The notes under the pieces are model-generated. The model ran no database searches. It was not told the DNA's origin and was given only the letters and a program-made list of their open reading frames with translations. The translations under genes and the position numbers were made by a program. DNA of 64,000 nt from Chrysomallon squamiferum (Eukaryota; Animalia; Mollusca): contig CM022670.1 in NCBI GenBank assembly GCA_012295275.1, positions 25,606,001 to 25,670,000 on the forward strand. Direction: 5' to 3'. This document shows, piece by piece, positions 15,343 through 29,992 of the stretch; within the stretch, counting starts at the first letter, position 1, and the number at the start of each line of letters is the position of its first letter.

Positions 15343-15870
15343 TGCAGACTGTGTGCATAACTGTGTACGAAATATAAATCGCATTCATGTTTTGACTTAG
15401 ATCCTATACTCAGGCTTTCTCGATATTTTCAAAATCCTAAACACCGCCAGTCCCAGGTATTTCGGATAAATCGTTCTCAACCTATATATAAATATGCATA
15501 CACACAAATACACACAGCCTTATACAGTACATACGTACTAACCAATATAAATAATTATTACGTAGAAAAAAACATCATTATATACAGCTGTGCCTATATG
15601 TATTTATATATTTGAAACGATCCGCATTTTCAGTTATGTCGTAAATGTGAACACACCAACAACATATGTAGGATACTTATACGTTTCTGTGTGTATGTTT
15701 TTATATATATATTACATTTTTTTAGTGAACTAGTTTCTGGTCACAAACTCTACAAATCGATGGTTAAAGAATCGGTGTTTGCAGGCTCTCTAGAACGCTC
15801 ACAAATTGGACAGATTGCTGATAAAATTAGAATGGTTATGAAAAAGAGTTTCATTATGAGAAACTTTTGA
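9680..15870 (+). CDS. LRRC74: Leucine-rich repeat (RI-like) protein with two C-terminal EF-hands, LRRC74A/B-like; true 5' end uncertain
   Basis: In-frame GT-AG exons: ~9680-9917, 10041-10231, 10726-10833, 11274-11367, 11943-11992, 12543-12624, 13029-13114, 13331-13525, 13829-13924, 14380-14673, 14956-15041, 15726-15870. LRRs include NVTVRKLDLSGNGF, NHGLRHLNLSHNDFGEKGG, NDFLQILDLSWNHLRLGGA. EF-hand loops DVDQSGTLTKQE and DKDKSGSVDFSE. N-terminal YVCACKYLNV motif. A further upstream exon near 9467-9503 is possible. Confidence 0.85.
15148..15484. mobile_element. pogo/Tigger-like non-autonomous DNA transposon (MITE) in an LRRC74 intron
   Basis: Imperfect TIRs CAGATCGAGGATCCCTTATCCGAAA and TTTCGGATAAATCGTTCTCAACCTA, flanked by TA; resembles the Tigger-type CAGGTTGAGTATCCCTTATCCGAAA terminus. 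Confidence 0.65.
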
Positions 15871-16794
15871 AAACAGTACAAAGAATCAGTTAGGATCAAT
15901 TCTGTATGAAGATACAGTCACTTAACCATTCAGAATTATTTGAAGAATTATGGTTATAAGATCGATTCTATAGTTCAGTACCTATGCTTGAATGTTCCTG
16001 TAAGTATGAGTACATTTTTATATATGCCTGTTTATGTGTGTCTGTGTGTATGTGTTTGTGTGTTTGTTTTTGTTTGTGTATATGTGTGTGTATATGTGTG
16101 GGTGTGTGTGTAAGTAAGTAAGTAAGTAAGTATGCTCATGTCCATATGTGCTTATCTGTCACAAATTCTGATTAATCTGTCAGATTAGCACCAAGATGGA
16201 ACATTTAAATAAAAATTGTAAAACATTTTCTGGTTTGATTTGTTTTCTTTATGTTCTTCGTTTACAGTTATATCTGTTTAAATTATTATAATTATTACTA
16301 AAGTTGCTAGATTGTGCCGCACGGTGCACTCTACCAGACTTCTTTTATATACATCAGCAGCTATTATGACTACTTTTCTGAATCGGTGCCCGCCCTTCTT
16401 CAGCTCCTGGAAGTCCTTCACGACCGTCTCGAAGAACAAGGAAGTACTCAATAAACCTACAGCAGCTGAGGAAAACTACCTGGACAACTACAACAACTCT
16501 CCTGAAGAAGCGCTATGACTCAAGAAGTGATCTTCAGAGAACAGTATCATTCATAGTCACTGCTGGCCTTGACGTGTAGTCAACAAGCGCTCGAAAAAGA
16601 AAAAAAAAATTAAAATGTGCTTATACATTTCTTTTTTAAACATAAAACAGTATTTTTTCTTATATTTACAAACACACACGCGCAGAAATACAAAACATGC
16701 ACGGTTATTATTTCTAAACGAGTAGTAAAAATTAACTACCATACCAAAACAGAAATTATCCGTTCCAGAATTTTAATGACAGTAACAACAACAA

Positions 16795-16826
<32 letters not shown>

Positions 16827-16960
16827 ACAACAACAACAATAATAATAATAGTAATAAATAAATAAATAATAAATAAATAAATAATCATTTAATGCCGAAA
16901 GATTTAATTTATAACTGCATACTAAATTTTTGAATGAAATTATCGAAATCAAAATATTAA

Positions 16961-17003
<43 letters not shown>

Positions 17004-17601
17004 GTACAAACCACTGAACGAATTTCAGTACTTGTATGAATGTAAGATTATCTGCCACTGTAATTTATATTTTAAATTGCGTATATTTATAAAAACATGG
17101 GATATTTTTTCCCATTCGGAATAAAATAAAGATAATTATATAAATAAATACGTATTAAAAAAAGAGAAACAATTGTCTGACGTCATCTCTTTGAAATAAA
17201 TAGCTCGAAGATCATAACAACGGTCATTTGAATTGCAGACGTCGACGTCTAAACACGACTATCATCAAGAACTGTAGTTCAGAATTTAAGCTATATTTTC
17301 ACAGTGTTAAAGATTAAAAGATGGTTACGAGACAAAACTGAGTTTTGAACAATTAATGAAATCAATAGTTTATTTCTTTAAAAATAGAAATTGTAAAAAA
17401 TTGTCTAAATTCTTATGAAAACCTAAATCGAAACAATATGAATAAAAGGTAAAATTAATTCTCAGAGAGCGCGTCCACTCGCAATGATGACAACAGAGAA
17501 GCTGCACTGCGGAAAGAATCAGTCACTCGTCAGCGATACTGTTCGAAATGAGGAAACAAGGAAGGAAGCGGGCAGAATTACTCACCTCTTGAAGCATCGG
17601 T

Positions 17602-17653
<52 letters not shown>

Positions 17654-17881
17654 TGTTATTTTTATACACACTGGAAACAACATCTTGTTCTTGAATATCC
17701 TGTGTGTGCATATGTGTATGTAGTATACGTTGTTTATATATGCATTTTTGCATACACAAATATATACGTGTGTGCGTGTGTGGGTGCATATGTGTCTGGG
17801 TGAAAAAGAAATATATGTACGTATGTATGAAAGTCTATGAGGTATGTACGTGTATGTTTATATTTGTTTACATATATATAT

Positions 17882-17912
<31 letters not shown>

Positions 17913-18323
17913 GATAGATAGATAGATATAGATATATAGATATATATATACACACATACACAGACACACACACGCGCACACACAATTAGATACAAACACG
18001 CACATTCAAACAAATACAGAGAAAGTCAAACAAAAACGCATTACATACAAAAACACGTAAACACAAAAAACATGCAGGGCTCATTGAAACCTTTACAGGG
18101 AACATCCATCTTATTTTGTTTATATAACTGTGTGTGTAAGTATTCGTTTACACACATACATACATATAGGTTCACGTATACAATAAAAAACAAAACAATA
18201 ATGAACATGTACAAACTATCCACAGACACATTATATACAAAAATCAAAAATCAAAAACAACAACAACAGAAAAGGAAAACACATAAAAATAAAAATACAT
18301 GCTGCAAAAGCACGTACACACAA

Positions 18324-18430
<107 letters not shown>

Positions 18431-18766
18431 ACATATACAAGAAACCAATATAATGCATATACAGGTACAAGAATAAAGAAACATAAATTTTCTACATACA
18501 GTTACATACATATACACAGACGTAAATTCATAAACATATGTACAAACAGAAATATCTTACTTACTTGTACACAAACGGACGTACATATGTAATATAAAAT
18601 AGTTTTATATATACATAAAGATGTAAACATGTTCACACTTAAAATATGTATACATATATTAAAATACAGTCATACATACAGATATAAATGTACATTGAAA
18701 GAGAGAAACCAAAAAGATTGACAAGGCACACACATACACAAGCACGCACACACACACACACACAAA

Positions 18767-18805
<39 letters not shown>

Positions 18806-19874
18806 ACGGGACTAGTCAGCAGATCTGATTACAAGATTATGGCTGCTTGCATTCTTTTCTGGATCTTTTCGCCAACCGCCGGGGATAGAGATTTTCCTTG
18901 ATTTATTATTATTATTATTCTGTGGTTGTTGTTTTTATAGTTACTAATATTATTGTTGTTATTAGTGTTGTTAATGTTATAATTATTGTTGTTATTATTA
19001 CTGTTATTGTTGTTGTTGTTGTTGTTGTTGTTGTATTTATGTTGCTGTTGATGTTGTTGTATTATTGACAAATCCTAAGTTAACAAAATGATGCAGCGCA
19101 ACTTCTTTAGAGAGTGAAACATTCCTACACCCTCTTTTATGTCTGATAACAGTTATTTTTATTTTACGTTAAGTACGTATGAAACATGTTAATAACATAA
19201 CAAACCTTGACAACCATCAAACTTTGACATCAAAATAAACAATAATAAATGAAATAAATAAATAAGCAAACAAATGGAGCTTCAACGGGTGAAATCACTG
19301 ATACATTTATGCATTCTTCTTATTCGACAATAAACAACACTTTATCGACTTGTTTATCCATTTATCCCCGTCTGAATTTTTAAAACATGCACTTCTGCTT
19401 CATATGTTTGTACCCCACTCTGTTTTTTTTTTTTTTTTTTAACCTTGCATGTTTCATCTCGAGGCGATATAAAGTTCATGCCATTGATAAACTGTCCCTC
19501 CTGTTGTTAAAAACGTCCCCCCTGTTGTTAAAAACGTTCGCGGGTTCTCAGGGTTAACGTACGCACGGACTAACGATGCCACGTTTTGATCACTGAAGAA
19601 CGACATGGATCGGAAACCCTGCTGCGCAAAAAGCCTGTTCGGACTTCAGTAAAAGGTCATAATACCATTTAAACATTTTAGAATCATCTACGAAGAAGAT
19701 AAACAATAAAATGATAATCCTTTATTCTTCTCGTTTTCTAAAATGTTAATCCTTCGTATAGGGACACAGTGAGTAATAAAACAGTATTTGCTTTATAAGA
19801 GTGAGTTTTCATCTTTGTTCATCAGACTCATTATTCAGAAGTTGATTATGATCAGATCGTCATATACAGCTAAA

Positions 19875-21039
19875 ATGAAGGTAAGATTCTGAAAAAATAG
19901 AATTGTTTCTTTCTTTCTTTCTTTATCCCTCTGTCTTTTTATTTTCTTGATCTTCTTTTTCTTCTTCATCTTATTATTGTTATTATTATGAACTAATGAT
20001 TTCAATAAGTTATGTTTGTGTGCATATTATTTCCTTAATAATGATCAGCCTACTCAAAATAATAAATATCATTTAACAATCATATCGCCTTCAAAAATCG
20101 TTTTCTTACCTTTTTTATATTTTTTAGTTTGTTTTGTCTTTATATGAATAATACTTCTTTGCTGGATATCTTTATTTTATATATGTCAGTAACTTAAATA
20201 AAAGATATATACAATTGTATTAATAATGCGTTTGTTGAAAAAAACTATCTATATCAAAAATACGACTTTAATATGAATTTATATGAATAACCAATTTCTG
20301 AAAACATATCATTAATATATCTATGTATATATACCATTTATATCAATACAAGTCTTTAGCATATACCGTTTATATCAGAAATCTATAAATGCTATGATAC
20401 ATAGTTTTGTAAAAATCATTATAATTTCCATTCTTTATGTACTAGTAGAGTCACTCCTAAAGAAAGAAAAATACATTTTACGGTTATTATTAACTACTGT
20501 ATATTTTAAATACATATGTGTTTTAAAATATTTATATCATTATATATAGTTGTTAATGGTTTCAATAGGTCGCCTTTTAGCAGGTAATTTTGTTTCACAA
20601 GTGACATATGTACGTATTCTGAAAGGGCACAATAATATGTTTCAATAAATTTGTGTACAAACATCTAAATATTGTCTTTGAATTTCACTTAAAAAACACA
20701 CTAACTTTTGTTCCAACAGTATTTGACTGAAATGTTGATTAGTAGATAACTGTATGCATTACGTACAGTAAGCTTCGTGGAGACGGCGACTCATACTGAT
20801 AGGCACATAGGTGGATACAAATATATATGAATAATATAAAAATATAAAGATATCTTGACAGATAATCAACGAGTTATCAGCAACTAACAATAATAAAATA
20901 ATATTAAGGAAAACTGAATTTGAAAATAAATAATAAATAAATAAACAGTAAGACGCGGGTGAATTAACAATAGATTGACTGTAAAGAAGGACAGAAAAGG
21001 TACGCATATATAAACAAATAAGAAAGAAAGAATGAAAGT

Positions 21040-21070
<31 letters not shown>

Positions 21071-21078
21071 TACACACA

Positions 21079-21134
<56 letters not shown>

Positions 21135-22552
21135 AAAACAAACATTTTCTTTTGTTTTTTCAGACTGCCAAACTCGTATCAGTTTTACTATGCATGGTTT
21201 TCTGCGTGTCTCATGCGGCTCCTCCGGGACATCAGTTTCCCAATTTTCCTTTCATAGACGGCTTCCACAACCACCAAAACATACAAACACCACCAGCGAA
21301 TTACCAGAACCTCGGCGGTTTCTACAACCACTTCTATGGTGGAGGCTTTCCTTTTCCTCCATACGCACCCCACCCCACTCATCCCCACATACCACCCGTA
21401 CAGAATTTATGTGTACCTCCACCAGATCCTTCCGCAATCTTCAACGTGACGACAGTTAACATCGGATACCCAACGTATGTGATCAGTATAGTTTTGTTTG
21501 TATAACTACTGTGTTATGTTATTAAAATAAAATAGTTCTTAATGTCCTTCAAATTTCAATTATTACTACTATTATTATTATTATTGTTATTATTATTATT
21601 ATTATCGTTTTCATTACTACTACTACTACTACTACTGAAACTATTATCATCATCATCATTATTGTTATTATTATTATTATTATGTATATATTTACTTACT
21701 TACTTACTTATTAGTTTATTAATTAATTAATTAATTTACTGTATTTTTCATTTTCTTTCTTTATTTATTTATATTTGTTTTTACAGTTTGTTGATCGCTG
21801 CTGAGAGAAATAGAAGACTCGATCTTGCCTTTTTCAGTCAAATCACAACCACGCCAATTCCAAGAACTTACGTTGTGTAAGTCAGTTTAATGTACTGGAA
21901 TAGTCAGAATCATATTAGTGCTCTTATAAAACAGTTATTCAAGTAATTTTTGAATGTTTAACCTCCTATTTTGTCATACAGTCATTTGATAACAATTTCA
22001 CATTTTCTGTAGCGACAATACTTTAAGCTGCCCAGCCACAATGGGTCGTTTGTCCGGGTTCAGAAAATACAATGGCAGATGCTGGATTCTTCAAGACCTT
22101 CACGATATCGACATTGCAAGATGCACGTAAGTTACATCTAATTATACCGTTTAAAATGTATTTTAAAAACCTGGCAATTTGATTCACTATTATAATAATA
22201 TATGTTTAATTTTACAATTTAATAAATATAACATTATTACAAATGTCTTATTCTGAAAGGAATTATTTCACGATTAAACTGATCTCACTTACGTTTTACT
22301 TTACACTCTCTATACATCTAAATGCTAATATATCATCTATTTTTTTTTTCTTTCCTTTCACCCAGCCAACCTTATTGCCAGGGTTGTAGCCAGAGCAATA
22401 CAAGATACAGTCGTCACATGTGCTGGGACCACTATGAGAGAATCCAGGTGTGGGCGTTCTGTGAGGCAAACAACAGTCCCCTTGGCCAGATCGCCAGAGA
22501 AGAAATCTTTGTTCCAAAATACTGTGCGTGCAAGAAAGTTCAGTGTTACTAA
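19875..22552 (+). CDS. Cluster gene A: secreted Spaetzle-like cystine-knot protein with Pro/His/Phe/Gly-rich N-terminus, ~235 aa
   Basis: Exons 19875-19880 (MK), 21164-21474, 21787-21876, 22013-22126, 22366-22552; intron phases 0,2,2,2. Signal MKTAKLVSVLLCMVFCVSHA. C-terminus SCPATMGRLSGFRKYNGRCWILQDLHDIDIARCTQPYCQGCSQSNTRYSRHMCWDHYERIQVWAFCEANNSPLGQIAREEIFVPKYCACKKVQCY. Confidence 0.88.
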
Positions 22553-23889
22553 AATACAAAGACTTTATTGTTATTGTTTCTTTCATACGTAGTTTAGTCT
22601 TTTTCTTACTTATGTATAAAACAAACATCACTGTTGTTATTGTATCTTGACAAATAGTTTTAAATTGGATATATACACAAAAAAAAAGACCATTCTGTAC
22701 CAGTATTTAATTTGTACTGATCGATAATTGTCAAAAATTATTCAAATACTATTCGTACCAATTGCAATTATTTAATTTATAGATAAAGAGAATAGAAATA
22801 TATCGATAATTGTCAATTAAAATGGTTTTGTAATGAATTAAAACAAAACATGAATACATTAAAATATAGTTTCTAAGATATTTATTAAGTAGACTTTATA
22901 ATTTCGATTGAAACATATTAAATATACTGTATCAATGAATATGTAACGTGCTTTGTATTATTCAGTTTTTGGAAAACATTTATATTATATTAACGTGTTT
23001 CATCACCCCTGTAAAAAAAGTTTATATTTTATTTTGAAATAAATTCATTAAATGAACAGTTGTTTATGTAACACACTGCATTCGTTTTTCATGTTGATTA
23101 TTTTAATGACACTTCAGTTTTGTATGATTTCAGAAATTTGTGTGTTTGAATGCACGTTCCTTGTATTTGTATTTCTTTTGTACTTGTTTATGCAAAGGCA
23201 AAATAAAGTTTTGCAGAAATTTGCTGTATTTTTTGTTCTTTTTAAAATGATTATAATGATTTTGTAAAGTATGTTTGTAATTGTTTTCATTGATATTATC
23301 TGTACTAAAAGTAGATCTTCTGAAGCAAAAAAAAAAAAAAAATAAAATAAAAAAATAAAGAAAAAATACTATAATAATAATAATAATAATAAAAAATAAT
23401 AATAATAATAAAAAAAATTAATTAAAGAAAAAGTTAAAAAAAAAAAAATAAATAAAGACAAAACATAATTAACTCAACATACAAGTTATTAATATATTCA
23501 CGTAGTTCGAAGACTGCGGTTTACCCTTTCTCCTTCTCTTTACAAAATAAACAACAACACAGTCACATACACAAACACACATACAAACAAACACAACATT
23601 CTCTCTCGGTCTACCTGATGTAAGTTATTTTTGAGTTAACTTAAACGACTCTTGATAATAAAATGAAGATATATCATGAAATGCCAAACCGAGTTTGCTA
23701 TGATATGTTTTATTAGTTTTTTAAAACCTGACATAAAATTCGAAAATATTTCAAAACTTTACCTGCTGTGAAAACATGTCATTGGGAAACTCAGTCTGTA
23801 ACTGGCTCTGTTTCGGTCTCTTTCTCTTTCTCTCTTTCTCTCTGCATATATCTCTTTATATCTTGAACTATTTCTATCTGAATGCATCT

Positions 23890-23983
<94 letters not shown>

Positions 23984-24005
23984 CCACTCTCTCTCTCCAT
24001 TTCTG

Positions 24006-24091
<86 letters not shown>

Positions 24092-24918
24092 GTCTCCCAC
24101 TCTCTCTCTCCATTTCTGAAAACAAACGAACATATCACACTGTAATTGTCATTTTAAATTATACTTTTCAATTATATTTATTAAAACGAAACACATGTTC
24201 AAACATTTTAATGCCAATAACTAAATAAACAGAACACAGTGACAGCAATAAAGATCGATTTTCCTAAAATATTAGGATGAGCAGTTATAAATTAACAATT
24301 ACAGCCTTTGTTTCTGTCCATTAGTGATTCCACTGTCTAATTAATTAAACAAAAATACATATATAAAACTAATTATGCTATTTCAACAGTACATTACATT
24401 CGATTGATCAGACTATGTGAAACTCGTTAGACTCCCATATTGTACGTATAGAGAGACAGTTAAGTGATCATAATCATAAGTTTCTCGTAATCATACACCA
24501 GGCGGCTGCAGCTTTGCAGCACGAATTTTATAATATAATTTTACTTTACGTCACATACACAACAAAAACAAACAAAAACAAAGCTGTTTAAACACAACTG
24601 CACGACACCGGCTATTTCTACATCTAGTCATATCACCTCATTCTATTACAAATTTTCTTTTGTGAGCAATGGTTTTGTATTCTGCTTGAATATTTATGAA
24701 ATTATAATAGAAAATAATAAAACCACAGGTAATATTTCGATAGATATCTTAGTTGAGAAACAACAGGTTATGAAAATTTAATTATACTAGTTTTATTAAC
24801 AGCCAACAAGCAGCTGTGGTTAAGTCATCGAGCATCAGACATGAACGTATTTTGATTGATACTTTCCTTACCCGAAATTAAATATGGATGTGTTTATTTT
24901 TGCTTTGTGTCTTTGTAT

Positions 24919-25008
<90 letters not shown>

Positions 25009-25469
25009 GAGAGAGAGTGTACGAGTTATGTATATGTATGTATATATGATGTATATATGTGTGTATATATATGTGTATGTGTGTGTATATGTATGTGTAT
25101 GTGTGTGTAAGTGTGAGTGCGTGCGTGCGTGTGTGTGTGTGCGTTTGCGTGCATTTAATAATGTTAGACTGAGTGATTTACTGAAACAAAGTTTGGGGTA
25201 GCTGAAACCTGTCATTTGGGATATATATTAAATCTAACATTTACTACGGAGGGAAAATACATTTTTTATTTAGAATGTAAGCAGGTCTGAAGGTTAGAAA
25301 TTAATACGATAATGAAATTTAATAATAATAATAACAATAATAATAATAACAGTAATAACAGTAATAATAATAACAATAATATAAATACAAATAAATAAGT
25401 ATTGCTGTTAATAAATACTAACATCATTTATCGTTGTATTTTGTAGGAACATTAAAAGAAATATACACG

Positions 25470-25495
25470 CATAATCATATACAAAATAATGATTC

Positions 25496-25576
<81 letters not shown>

Positions 25577-26099
25577 CTCTCTCTCTCTCTGATTTGCCTC
25601 AAAATAATTACATGCACGTACATAAACATAATTATACAAATACACAAAAATAAAATGAATGCTTAAGACAACAGTAGTAGCTGCAGCAGTAGTATAATAT
25701 CAGTATACTAGTAGTAGTAGTAGCAGTAGTTATAGTATTAGTATTAGGATAGTAATGGTAAAATAGCAATAAGAAAATATAAACATTCTATTCTTTCTAT
25801 CTCCAAAAAAATCAATTAAATAAATAAATAATTAGGTGTACGATGGGCCAATGTTATCGACAGTGATGTGTAGACATTTATTTAAAAAATAGCTGATACT
25901 TCCTGATAACAGCTTTTATTTAGTTAATTATTTATTTATTTAATATGTTATATTGTATTGACAACATTTCATCTGGTGAAAAATATTTAAAAAAACAAAA
26001 TAAAAAACGAAACATGCTGAGATAACAATAAAGAATAGAAATAACTCATATATAACACACACCACAAACACACTCACGTGCTACGTTTTATTATATATT

Positions 26100-26133
<34 letters not shown>

Positions 26134-27259
26134 AATAAATATAATCGAAAGAAGAAGACTAATATAAACGTTAATTAAAACTGTCTGCCTTTCCTCTCGA
26201 ACATAAAGGAATATCAATAAATAAAACAAAAATGCTAATACTTAAGTTAAATATGCAACTTTAAGTTTAGAATATTCAGTTTTGTTCACTGTTGTTATCG
26301 ATGTAATTATAAAAGATGATTAATTGCTAATACTTTCCCATTTCCCATTTCAAAAACAACAAAACAACAACAAAATAAAAAAAAACAATACAAAAATACA
26401 AAATACAAAAACACGAATTAACGTTAGTGTGCAACTGCATGTCGCTAAACATTGTTTTTATTAATTCATTCATTCGATAAAATGTATTTACTTAAAGCGA
26501 TTTATGTTTATAAACTTACGTAGAAGATAAGAACGAATTCTACATATATTAAATTGAACGGTTTGATACGTTTCTTAAGCAATAAAATGCATGTGTTTGG
26601 AGCTTTTATCAGAAAATGTGTTTTTCATTTATTCCTATTAGAATTAATAATGTTTATACTTTTAGTTTACAAGAAATATACATAATCATACACCAAATAT
26701 TCATACTCTCTCTCTCTCTCCCTCTCTCTCTCTCTCATCTACCTCAAATAATTACATGCACGTACCTGAACATAATTATACAAATACACAAAACTAAAAT
26801 GCGTATAACAATAGTAGTAGATGCAGCAGTAGTATAATATCAGTATACTAGTAGTAGTAGCAGTAGGAATAGTATTAGTAATAGGTTAGTAATGGTAAAG
26901 AAGCAATATGAAAATATAAACATTCTATTCTTTCTATCTACCACAAGAATAAATTAAATAAATAAATATCTAGGTATACGTTGGGCCAGTGTTATCGTCA
27001 GTGATGTGTAGACATTTATTTCAAAAATAGCTTAATGTTCCAGGTAACAGCTATTATTTTTTTAAATATTTATTTATTTAATCTATTATATATATTGTAC
27101 TGACAACATTTCATCTGGCGAAAAAAAGATGTATATAAATAATGTGAAAAAACAAAAACAAAAAACAAACTGACATAAGAATAAAGAATAGAAATAATTC
27201 AAATACACACATACACAAACACACACACATACACACGTGCCGCGTTTTATTATATGTGT

Positions 27260-27302
<43 letters not shown>

Positions 27303-27881
27303 GTGTGTGTGTGTGTGTGTGTGTGTGTTTTTAAACCGAAAGAAGACGGGTAATATAAAGGTTAATTAAAACTGTCTGCCTTTCCTCTCGAACATAAAGG
27401 AATATCAATAAATAAAACAACAATGCTAATACTTAAGTTAAATATGCAACTTTAAGTTTAGAATATTCAGTTTTCTTCACTTTCATTATCGATGTAATTA
27501 TACTGTTTTCGACAGATGATTAACTGGATAGAGAACGTTTCAAGTTTCACCGATTTTCATTTTGAAAAAAAACAATAATAAAAAATAAAACAAAAACAAA
27601 CAAAAAATACAAAAATGCTAATAAACGTTAATATGCAATTGCATGTCGCTAAACAAATATTTATTCATTCATTCATTCTCTAAAATTTATTTACTTGAAG
27701 CGATTTATCTTTATAAAGTTATATTTGAGGTAACAATGAATTCTACGTACATTAAAGTAAACGAACGGTTTGATACGTTTCGGAGGCAATACAGTTCATG
27801 TATTTGGAGCTTTTATCACAAGATGTGTTTTTCATTTATCCCTGATTAGAATTAATAATGTTTATCATTTTAGTTTACAAG
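25470..27881. repeat. Diverged tandem duplication of a ~1.2 kb non-coding unit (~25470-26672 and ~26680-27881)
   Basis: Co-linear shared blocks such as AATTACATGCACGTAC, CAGTGATGTGTAGACATTTATTT, CTGTCTGCCTTTCCTCTCGAACATAAAGGAATATC and TTTTAGTTTACAAG each occur in both copies. Confidence 0.85.
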
Positions 27882-28739
27882 GCAGTGTGTTTTAATAATC
27901 ATATGAAAACAGTAAATTCATAATTAAAATTAAATCAAATATGTAAATTCATAATAACAAATAATTTTACAGTAAATTACAGTGTTATTTCATTAACATA
28001 GACTGAAATAAATATCTTTATTCGTTCATTGATTCATTCATTCATTCGTCGTTTATTCAGTCATCCTTTCTTTTTCATTCTTTTGTCAATTATTTGTTCA
28101 TTCGTTTGTTGTTTTTTATTCACTTTTTTTTTTATCCATTTGTTTCTTCAGTCCTTCACCCGTCCTCTTAATCTATGCAAATAAGATTTATTTAACAACC
28201 GTGAGAAACTTACGCCAAAACATACACCATTTTGACTTAGACGAATGTTATGGTCATTTTAATGGTGTTACCGACTTGACCACATGCGGAGACACAGGCA
28301 ACGAAGACAGCAGGCAAAATACACATCGTTTTCCTTGAGGTAACATCAAATATGCAGGTAATACAAGAAAACATAAGTCTTAGTAAACAACAATGTGAGC
28401 CGCATGTCTATACACTCAGTGTACAATTTTATTACCAATCTTGGATTAACTCGCTGCTGATCATTCCCGTATTAAACTGTGTTACCAGGTTTGTATGTCT
28501 GTTAGTAACATTTAAGAGGATTAGTGTCCCATAAAGAATGCCACGGACAGTGATTAGGAATAGAGTTATGCTGTTCAATTAGGATCAAAGAAATAAAAAC
28601 ATCCTTTTTAGCCAATAACGCTGGGTTTTATGGGTTTGTTATAAAACGTATATATACAGTGTAATTCTTGGCATTTACATTTTTGTAGGTGACTATTCCA
28701 AGCCGTGCGAACACAAAACTGAAGCCTTCGAATTTCACG

Positions 28740-29952
28740 ATGGTAAATATCTTTGATTTTTTAAAGCTTACTGAATATAACTTACATATTAATACAAGGT
28801 TGTTTAAAAGAAAAGGTTTTCTAATATATATATAACTTATAACTTTCTGTCTATCTGTCACCCAGTCTATCTATCTATGCATACATTCATACATACATAC
28901 ACATATGTATAATTTTTTTAATTTAAAATAAATGTTGTCACTTTACAAGCAAATTTCACAAAAGATGTGTTTATTATACTTTAAAAATATATCTGCGAAT
29001 GAAAGAAACAAAAAATACCAAAAAGAACTACATCAAACTATTTCTAAATTCAACTTTAAAATATTTCTTAGTAAATAAAATTAGACCATTTCAAACTGAT
29101 AATATATATATATATATACATTTTTTTTTAACTGAAGAATTTTTTTTTTCCCATATTAATATTTTCTTGTTAATTCTCCTTATCTATAAAGAGCAATTTG
29201 TTGTACGTTTAGCACCATAAATGTATTCTGTGTGGTTTTTCCTGCATTTTCTAATTTTTTCTTTTAAATTCTGATAATTTTTATTCTAAAAATTGATATC
29301 CATATGTATATAAGCATTTAAATGTTTCTTAAAAAACTGCATTTTTACCAATATAATTTAATGTAAAAAATGCGTTGTATCAGAAATGTAAAAAAAAAAA
29401 AATATTACACACGAAATATATATTTATTATTATATTATATTTGAATATTTAGGATATAGTTTCATTGAAATGTTCATAATAACATATTCGTATAATGGAG
29501 TGGCATGTAATGTGAAGAATAATAGAATATAAATTACTTCATAATGTCATGGGTACTCTACGGCCCGCGGGTCTTTTTGAACGACACGCCTAATTTCACG
29601 CCTAAAATAACGTTTATTAGTAATGCGACCCGCTTCTTGAAAACTTCAGATCTGATTATGCGGTAAACAATCAGAACGAAATATTATATATACTGACATA
29701 TAGCAAGATTTTCCAGTGATATCCTGTCATAAAATTAATTATGCTATTTAAAAAAAAATCATTTTAATTTGATACAGGCTAAGGATCTCTTATCCGAAAT
29801 TTCTTCGTATCTGCATAAGCTGTATACGATACATAAATGGATTTCGTATATAGAATTTAATCCTGTTTTCTTCTTATACACCAAGATCGGAAAAATTCCG
29901 AAATTTAAAGCAATTTCAGTTATAAGGATTTCTTTTTTGTAGTTATTACATA

Positions 29953-29992
<40 letters not shown>

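Noticed and set aside
18829-18900. Short GC-richer segment (QGKSLSPAVGEKIQKRMQAAIIL on the minus strand)
   Set aside because: Too short, embedded in microsatellites and without clear splice context; possibly a retroelement scrap but unsupported.
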